32,000 nt of DNA from Xylanibacter ruminicola 23 (GTDB lineage: Bacteria > Bacteroidota > Bacteroidia > Bacteroidales > Bacteroidaceae), in contig NC_014033.1 of assembly GCF_000025925.1 (NCBI RefSeq), positions 2,640,001 through 2,672,000 on the forward strand, read 5' to 3'. The notes beneath the pieces were generated by a model that saw only the letters and a list, made by a program, of their open reading frames with translations, ran no database searches and was not told the DNA's origin. Positions 26,086-32,000 of the stretch are shown in pieces. Positions within the stretch are counted from its first letter, which is position 1; every line of letters begins with the position of its first letter. The translations under genes and the position numbers were made by a program.

Positions 26086-27667
26086 TGTCTTCGTTTTTAG
26101 TTTTCTGGGCCATCATTCTTTTTACATATGCGGCATAAGGCGATCCTGGCACATTACCTTGCTTTTGAATACACATCATGGCATCCTGATAGCCGATAGG
26201 CATCTCGCGATAGCCACTGTATTTCTCAGCCATGGGCATATACTGTTGGAATCCTTGCATCTGACCTTCCAACAGCATCTGTCCCATAAAGTATTCCAGT
26301 GCCATCGTGTTCTGCGTATTATTCATAAATAGTAAACCGAACATCTTATACAGTTCCAGATGACTATACAGGAAATCGTTCTTATAACGCAACTGGCGCA
26401 GTTTGCCGTACACGGGGTGTGCATCAATGGCAGCCTCATCACCTAACAAAGCTTCGGCATTAACAGCCCATTCACGATAAAACATACTTTTTTTCAGTAA
26501 ATCAAGATGTTTCTTGGCTGTTTTGTAATGCCCATTTACAATCATGCATTCGGCTATTCGCTTGGTACAACGCCCACTCATGCTACCATCCAGAATCGAT
26601 TCCTGTGTATCAAAGAAATAACGCAAAGCCGAATTGACCATACCCAGTCGCCAAAAGGTCTCTGCCGATGGCAGCATCGAGGTTAAGTCGCGAATACGGG
26701 GCATAATGAGCGCATTCTCATCACTCTGATAAAAGTCGAACATCCTATCAGCCAACTGATGCTTTTGCGACAATGCCAGGTTGACACAAACCGAACTGAA
26801 AGCCGTCTTTACTTGATATTCTTTAGCACGCGTCACTATCTCATCCCAGCGTTCATGGCGCACCAGGTAATCCTGACGAATCAGTTCGTACATCTCTTTA
26901 TCATAGCCTTTGCTGATGCCTAAGAAACACAAAGCGATAAAGACAGCCGCTTGCACAGGTAACAGCCACTTAGCCGAAAGGCATCGACGCTGCACTACCA
27001 TCGTAAATACTGTTACCAGCGGAGTCAGCCACATTAGCGTTGGCATCATCATCGGCGTGCGATAATATTGGGCAGGCATCATGGTCATCTCTAAAGTCCA
27101 CTGTGTGAGGCAGAAACGATAAGCCAGCAACTGCAAAGCCAACAGATATAAGGGCATTGGCCAGCTCTTCCATCCGTAACGGTGCATACGCAACAGCACA
27201 TACACCCAAGCCAACGGCCCCGTCAACCAATATATAATAGGTATAAGAGCCGCCTCACACCATGCCTGCTTGCCCCATTTAACAGAATTCAGTCTGTGAG
27301 CGTCAACTGCTAATATCAGCGCCACCACATAGCCCAACTTGACACTAGGATCGCCCAACAGCCAGAGCACGAGTGCTGCAGGAATCCACCCAGTGGTACA
27401 CCCCAGAGCCACGAAGAGCAGTGAGAGTAACAGGGCCCCCAGCCACTCTATATAATAGAATTGCACGATAAACTCGCCTATCCAACTGGCAAAGCCACCT
27501 GGTACACTGAGTCTATCTACAAAATAATCACTCGTCCACAGAAACAGTTGGTACTGCTCCTGATACGACATGGCGTGCGGGTATGCTATATACCAAAACA
27601 AGAATACGCCGATGCTGATTAGCACTGACAAGGCTATAGTTCCGTATTTAGTTATCGTTTTATTCAT
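26069..27667 (-). CDS. polytopic membrane protein with C-terminal helical-repeat domain, paralog 3
   Basis: Signature FLFWYIAYPHAMSYQEQYQLFLWTSDY...GGFASWIGEFIVQFYY. C-terminal AKKHLDLLKKSMFYREWA and HPVYGKLRQLRYKND are colinear with paralog 2. Confidence 0.8.
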   Translation of the reverse strand: MNKTITKYGTIALSVLISIGVFLFWYIAYPHAMSYQEQYQLFLWTSDYFVDRLSVPGGFASWIGEFIVQFYYIEWLGALLLSLLFVALGCTTGWIPAALVLWLLGDPSVKLGYVVALILAVDAHRLNSVKWGKQAWCEAALIPIIYWLTGPLAWVYVLLRMHRYGWKSWPMPLYLLALQLLAYRFCLTQWTLEMTMMPAQYYRTPMMMPTLMWLTPLVTVFTMVVQRRCLSAKWLLPVQAAVFIALCFLGISKGYDKEMYELIRQDYLVRHERWDEIVTRAKEYQVKTAFSSVCVNLALSQKHQLADRMFDFYQSDENALIMPRIRDLTSMLPSAETFWRLGMVNSALRYFFDTQESILDGSMSGRCTKRIAECMIVNGHYKTAKKHLDLLKKSMFYREWAVNAEALLGDEAAIDAHPVYGKLRQLRYKNDFLYSHLELYKMFGLLFMNNTQNTMALEYFMGQMLLEGQMQGFQQYMPMAEKYSGYREMPIGYQDAMMCIQKQGNVPGSPYAAYVKRMMAQKTKNEDNDEAH

Positions 27668-27675
27668 AAACGCTG

Positions 27676-27706
27676 CAAAAGTACCACAAAAATCTGACTT
27701 AACAAA
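27676..27706 (-). promoter_or_regulatory. Bacteroidota promoter (-33 TTTG / -7 TActTTTG) for the five-gene module operon
   Basis: Minus-strand TACTTTTG at 27683-27676 and TTTG at 27706-27703, with 19-nt spacing. The -7 box ends 8 nt before the ATG at 27667. Confidence 0.55.
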
Positions 27707-27746
27707 GTTTTTATCTATTTTCTACCAACAAAAAAATATTATTTAC

Positions 27747-27754
27747 TATCTTTG
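27747..27754 (+). promoter_or_regulatory. candidate -7 element TAtcTTTG for the GH9-like gene
   Basis: Match to TAnnTTTG 46 nt upstream of the ATG at 27800. No -33 TTTG seen. Confidence 0.4.
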
Positions 27755-27799
27755 TACCCGAATTAAGCAATAAAGTATTACCAACCAGAAAACAAAGAA

Positions 27800-30157
27800 A
27801 TGAAGAAAACATTGTATGCATCACTGGCAGCAATCATGCTTGCCATGCCAGCTAATTGTTTGGCAACCAAATTCCTTGGAGTTAAAGTTATCGACAAAGA
27901 TTATCTGATGTTGCACTTCCGCGATGGCGAGGTGCATTATCGCGACAACGGCACAGGTCCCAGCGCCTATTTAGGTCACTCGTTTGCCGAAGGCGACGAT
28001 ACCCTATTGGTATTCGGCGAGCGTTTGAAAGCAGCCCAGGCACAGAACGCCGCTTTGTGGAAGATCAGCTCGTCCGACGACAAGACCTTTGCTACAGCGC
28101 AACCCTTAGCCGTTTGGCGTAAATCCAAGCCAATGAACACCGACAATACACTGACAAGCGAGTTAGACCATTGGCTGTTTTTGCAGATGCCTAAGGCCAT
28201 GAAACAGGGCTGCACATACAAAGTTGCCATCCCCGCAGGCATAGGCTCCGACAAGACCGAGGCCTCTATCCGCTTCGACGTATGGAACAACCAATCCGAA
28301 GCCGTACACATTAATATTATAGGCTATTCGCCCTTAGAGACCATTCATGCTGCCGACCTTTACCAGTGGTTGGGCGATGGCGGACAGCGCGACTATAAGC
28401 AGCTGGAGGGCAAAGGCGTATGGCTTTACAATGTGAACACCAAGAAGAAACAGAAGGTGGGTACCGTCAAATTCTGGCAACCTGCCTCAGCAGCCGCCAA
28501 GGAGGCAGGTGGCAAAAGCCTCATCGGCACCGATGTGTGGAATATCGACTTCAGCGCCAACAAACCTGGTTGCTACCGATTGGTAGTAGAGGATGTAGGC
28601 TGTAGTATGGATTTCGAGGTAAAGAACGACATTTACTACGAGCCTTATCGCTACTCGGTTCGCGGTTATTACTATATGCGTTTGGGTGAGCCTATCAATA
28701 CCGACAAGGTCTTCCCTGCCCCTCGCCAGCCACAGTTCATTCCCGAGACCGATCCTAAGGGATTTACCGTTTATAAGACCGACTTCCACCCATGGAGCCC
28801 AGGCTGGGCAGAACTGCACACCGACGTATGGGACGAGCCACACTTCAAACAACTCAAACAGTCAATCTTCTGGCAGCACCGTCTGCCGGGTAATCCGGTG
28901 AATACCGAGGTGAAAGGCGGGCACTCCGACGCCTTCGACTGGGACCGCCACCTGGCCCACGTCAGCAACATCTACGACATGCTGTTGCCTTATATCCTCT
29001 CGGGGGGACGTTTGAACGAAGATCAGTTAGGTATCCGCGAGAGTGGTAATGGTATCCCCGACCTGATTGACGAGGCCCGCAACGAGGTAGATTTCTTCCT
29101 CTCTATCCGCGATGGCGAGGCTTACTCACAGGGTGTCACCAACCCTTGTGCCGACTGGAGCGTGATGTTCCAGGCAGGCTGCACCACCATGGCAGCCTGG
29201 GCCAATGCCGCCAACTGCGCCATCATTGCCGAGGCCTTCAGATTGAACGGCAACGACAGCCTGAGCCAATACTATACTGCCGAGGCTATCAAGGCCTTCC
29301 GCTTTGCCTCAAAACAAGACCATCAGCAGCTCGACGACCTGCAGGATGTGGGCTCCATGCAGATGCGTGGTCGTGACTTCCGTCAGATGGCAGCTGCCTT
29401 CCTGTACAACCTGACTGGCGAAGAAGAGTGGGAAAAGATTTTTGCCGAAGAAAGCATGATAAAGAGCCCTCACTCATTGGTGTTCAGCAAGGGCAAGCAC
29501 GGTTTCTTTGGGGTAGGTGTGATGCATGAGGAGAATAAGAAGTTGGTGCCTTTCTGCCAGTACTGGGCAGCAGCAGCCTATCTTACCTGTCCACAGCCCC
29601 GCCACTATGGCGAGCTTTACCAGAACCTGAAAGCCAGTATCAAAGCCCAGGCCGAGGCTTATAACTATGGTCACATGGCACAGCGCCCCAGTCGCCGTTC
29701 GGCCAACGACGACCGTTGGCAAACCTCACAGAACCTGCAATTGGTAATGCTGGCCCACTACATCGCCAACAAGGCAGAGCGCAAGCAGTTGGAGCACGCC
29801 ATGTTCACCGAAGCCAGTTGGGCTTTAGGTCGCAATCCTGGTAATATTGTTGAGATGACAGGCCTTGGTCAGCGTCACATCACCGATGTCTATACCACCG
29901 GTCGCAACGATGGTGCCCCAGGCACCCATCCTGGTCAGACACCTTTCAACGGTACCGAGACTTGGTCGCCTGGTCATAATGGTGGCGATGCCCGTGTTAT
30001 CCTGGCCTATTGCTATCCCGATTGGAACAATGGTGGTTGGCCCCGTCAGGAGTCGTACTTCAACCAGCGTTACTTCTGGGTAAACGGCGAGTTCACGCCT
30101 CGCGAAACCATGCGTGGCAAGATGGCCCTCCTGGCCTATCTCTACGCCATTCGTTAG
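27800..30157 (+). CDS. glycoside hydrolase family 9-like enzyme with an N-terminal Ig-like domain
   Basis: Signal peptide. GH9-like blocks KGGHSDAFDWDRH (compare GGWxDAGD), NGIPDLIDEARNEVDFFLSI, and C-terminal WVNGEFT (candidate catalytic Glu). The assignment is by motif memory only. Confidence 0.55.
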   Translation: MKKTLYASLAAIMLAMPANCLATKFLGVKVIDKDYLMLHFRDGEVHYRDNGTGPSAYLGHSFAEGDDTLLVFGERLKAAQAQNAALWKISSSDDKTFATAQPLAVWRKSKPMNTDNTLTSELDHWLFLQMPKAMKQGCTYKVAIPAGIGSDKTEASIRFDVWNNQSEAVHINIIGYSPLETIHAADLYQWLGDGGQRDYKQLEGKGVWLYNVNTKKKQKVGTVKFWQPASAAAKEAGGKSLIGTDVWNIDFSANKPGCYRLVVEDVGCSMDFEVKNDIYYEPYRYSVRGYYYMRLGEPINTDKVFPAPRQPQFIPETDPKGFTVYKTDFHPWSPGWAELHTDVWDEPHFKQLKQSIFWQHRLPGNPVNTEVKGGHSDAFDWDRHLAHVSNIYDMLLPYILSGGRLNEDQLGIRESGNGIPDLIDEARNEVDFFLSIRDGEAYSQGVTNPCADWSVMFQAGCTTMAAWANAANCAIIAEAFRLNGNDSLSQYYTAEAIKAFRFASKQDHQQLDDLQDVGSMQMRGRDFRQMAAAFLYNLTGEEEWEKIFAEESMIKSPHSLVFSKGKHGFFGVGVMHEENKKLVPFCQYWAAAAYLTCPQPRHYGELYQNLKASIKAQAEAYNYGHMAQRPSRRSANDDRWQTSQNLQLVMLAHYIANKAERKQLEHAMFTEASWALGRNPGNIVEMTGLGQRHITDVYTTGRNDGAPGTHPGQTPFNGTETWSPGHNGGDARVILAYCYPDWNNGGWPRQESYFNQRYFWVNGEFTPRETMRGKMALLAYLYAIR

Positions 30158-30170
30158 AATCCATAAACAT

Positions 30171-30218
30171 AAAAAAAAGAAACCGCCCCGCGAACTGATT
30201 ACCAGTTGCGGGGCGGTT
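30171..30218. terminator. bidirectional intrinsic terminator between the GH9-like gene and the PUL lipoprotein gene
   Basis: A8 (30171-30178), AACCGCCCCGC (30181-30191) pairs with GCGGGGCGGTT (30208-30218), with a T-rich sequence downstream. Confidence 0.75.
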
Positions 30219-30256
30219 GATTGATTTATTGAGTTTTTTATTGCTCAACTTGTGAT

Positions 30257-31723
30257 TTACTTCTTAGCTTTGAAGTTCCAGTATGTACCTTCTGACCAGC
30301 CACTGAATGCACCATTGTCAGGATAGGTGAGGATCATCTCAGAACCAGTAATTCTGTAAATCTGATAGTCAGTTACATAACGACCACCGGCATTAATCTC
30401 GAATGGGAAGAGAGTTGCACCCTCAGTAGTCTTAAATGTTCCCTTCTTCCAACCATCGGCTGTTGAGAGGTCGATCTCATAACTACCCGAGCGGATCATA
30501 CTACCATTAGCATCATAGCACTTCACGGTACCATCTTCGTTCAGAACCATTGTAGCATCGTTATTCTCCTCACCAGTAGCGGCACCTGATACAGAATGGT
30601 TCAACTGACCTGTGAGCTCTGCAGCATCATCAACGCCCCACCAAACGAAATCGTTAAGGACATCGCCACGCCAGTTACCATCGGCACCGAAGTTACCCCA
30701 AACATGGCCACTAGAAGAAGAGTTACCCACATTCCAGGTCCAAGTCTTCTCGCCATAGTTAGTCATCATACCCGAAACGTCAGTATCGCTCTTAAAGTTC
30801 CAGTATGTTCCTTCCGACCAGCCACTGAATGCACCATTGTCAGGATAAACCAGAATCATCTGATCAGATGTCAGAGAGTAAATCCAATAATCAGTTACGT
30901 AACGGCCACCAGCATTAATCTCGAATGGGAACAGTGTTGCACCCTCTGAAGTATGAAGAATACCATACTTAAAGCCATCGTGGTTATCACCAGTCCAGCC
31001 TTTGATTTCATAACTACCAGAGCGAATCTCAGTACCGTTAGCATCGTAACACTTCACGAGACCATCCTCTGTAAATACCATCGAAGCGTCGTTGCTTTCC
31101 TCACCAGTAGCAGCACCTGTTACAGAATGGCCCAACTGATCTGTAAGATCTGCGGCATCGTCAACACCCCACCAAACAAAGTCGTTAAGAGCTTCACCAC
31201 GCCAGCTACCATCGGCACCGAAGTTACCCCAAACATGGCCACTCGAAGTAGTGTTGCCCACATTCCACTTCCAAGTCTTCTTACCATAGGCATTCGAAGC
31301 AATCAGGCGAACCTCTGGCTTCAGCTCAGCAGCAACAGCTACAGTAAAATCCTTTGAAGCCACTACCTCATCACCATTACCATTGATATACTTGAAATAT
31401 ACTGTCTGATTAGGATCAGAACCACGAGCAGGCACAAAGTTGAACACACCACCAGCTGCGCCACTTGTGAGTTTGAACTCAGAGCCATCGGCCTTGATAT
31501 AGTAGATATAAATACCCGAGGCATTGGGGATATTATACTTAATCCAGTTTCCATCAGCTGCTGGAGTAGTGCAAGCCTGATCGGCATACTGAGAGAACTC
31601 AGCACCATCAAGCAGGCTATTGCTGGTATAGCTGTCGATATCCAGTGTCTTGCTATCCTTAATAGGATCACAAGCTGTGAGCATGCCCAGCGCTACTGCG
31701 AACAATAATATTGATTTTTTCAT
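30257..31723 (-). CDS. PUL-associated surface lipoprotein (SusE/F-like glycan-binding candidate) with two tandem ~165-aa repeat domains
   Basis: Lipobox LTAC, position immediately downstream of a SusD-like gene, and an internal duplication (aa 146-311 versus 323-485). Confidence 0.6.
   Translation of the reverse strand: MKKSILLFAVALGMLTACDPIKDSKTLDIDSYTSNSLLDGAEFSQYADQACTTPAADGNWIKYNIPNASGIYIYYIKADGSEFKLTSGAAGGVFNFVPARGSDPNQTVYFKYINGNGDEVVASKDFTVAVAAELKPEVRLIASNAYGKKTWKWNVGNTTSSGHVWGNFGADGSWRGEALNDFVWWGVDDAADLTDQLGHSVTGAATGEESNDASMVFTEDGLVKCYDANGTEIRSGSYEIKGWTGDNHDGFKYGILHTSEGATLFPFEINAGGRYVTDYWIYSLTSDQMILVYPDNGAFSGWSEGTYWNFKSDTDVSGMMTNYGEKTWTWNVGNSSSSGHVWGNFGADGNWRGDVLNDFVWWGVDDAAELTGQLNHSVSGAATGEENNDATMVLNEDGTVKCYDANGSMIRSGSYEIDLSTADGWKKGTFKTTEGATLFPFEINAGGRYVTDYQIYRITGSEMILTYPDNGAFSGWSEGTYWNFKAKK
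30269..31288 (-). repeat. intragenic tandem duplication, two units (30791-31288 and 30269-30757), period 531 nt
   Basis: Long near-identical DNA runs, e.g. gttccagtatgt.cctt..gaccagccactgaatgcaccattgtcaggata at 30275 and 30797, and attaatctcgaatgggaa.ag.gttgcaccctc in both units. Confidence 0.9.
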
Positions 31724-31761
31724 ATTGCTATTTCTCTAAATTCTTAAATCTTAATTCTTAA

Positions 31762-32000
31762 TTAATCATATACTGGGCAACCTGACATATTAGCTCCAGA
31801 GGCACTTGAACCCCAACCAGCATTCTGCTTCAGGATTTCAGGATTGCCAATGATACTGATCTGTGCGGGAGGAATCATAATGAAGCCATCGGTATCGGCA
31901 TAACGCTGAGCCCAGCTGCTACCGCCTACACCCTGACCATGGTGCATCTTTGTCCAGTGACCTGTATAGTTTACACGTGAGCCGTCCTGACGCTGCAGAG
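31762..32000 (-). CDS. SusD/RagB-family outer-membrane lipoprotein, C-terminal fragment (continues beyond the window)
   Basis: The frame stays open upstream of the listed Met to base 32000 (LQRQDGSRVNYTGHWTKMHH...). The C-terminal ...NPEILKQNAGW... resembles the usual SusD ending. PUL context. Confidence 0.55.
   Translation of the reverse strand, partial: LQRQDGSRVNYTGHWTKMHHGQGVGGSSWAQRYADTDGFIMIPPAQISIIGNPEILKQNAGWGSSASGANMSGCPVYD

Noticed and set aside
17992-27667. The idea that the triplicated module is a phage-defence or toxin-antitoxin system.
   Set aside because: All components carry signal peptides, lipoboxes or multiple TM helices. No nuclease, ATPase (Walker A), methylase or toxin-like motif was seen, and no mobile-element genes flank the locus. 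An envelope or redox role fits the sequence better.
31724-31761. AT-rich spacer with repeated TTCTTAA units between the SusD-like gene and the lipoprotein gene.
   Set aside because: This is typical low-complexity intergenic spacing within PUL operons. There is no hairpin or promoter consensus.
1-32000. Search for CRISPR arrays, tRNA/rRNA genes, transposases, integrases and large non-coding gaps.
   Set aside because: The largest intergenic regions are 132, 104, 99 and 74 nt, and all are explained by promoters or terminators. No direct-repeat/spacer arrays or recombinase-like ORFs were found.

Overview
This is a Bacteroidota-type chromosomal segment. The gene content, lipobox-rich secreted proteins, TAnnTTTG-type promoters and SusD-type PUL genes point to Prevotella/Segatella, but the taxon is an inference. 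All family names come from reading motifs by eye; no BLAST or HMM search was possible.

- **Bases 1-14.4 kb (+ strand):** an arginine/proline biosynthesis backbone (argG 5'-truncated, argC, argD, proC, then proB, proA, then argF'). It is interrupted by a small secreted protein, an XRE-cupin regulator with an AMP-forming acyl-CoA synthetase, a YraN-like gene, a membrane TPR-PP2C phosphatase fused by ATGA overlap to argF', and a paralogous TPR sensor carrying a degenerate histidine-kinase output.
- **14.4-16.9 kb (- strand):** a two-gene esterase operon.
- **17-27.7 kb (the stand-out region):** a two-gene module is present three times, once on + and twice on -. Each module has a polytopic membrane protein with a C-terminal helical-repeat domain, followed by a lipoprotein with an invariant C-x-N-C-H motif and PD40/TolB-like beta-propeller repeats. 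The two genes overlap in every copy. One copy is coupled to a PLP enzyme gene, and the other two sit in a five-gene operon with an orphan DUF4369-like lipoprotein. I know of no described function for this pair.
- **27.8-32 kb:** a GH9-like glycoside hydrolase converges on the tail of a PUL (SusD-like C-terminus plus a surface-lipoprotein candidate containing a recent internal tandem duplication).

No rRNA, tRNA, CRISPR array, transposase or integrase was seen.
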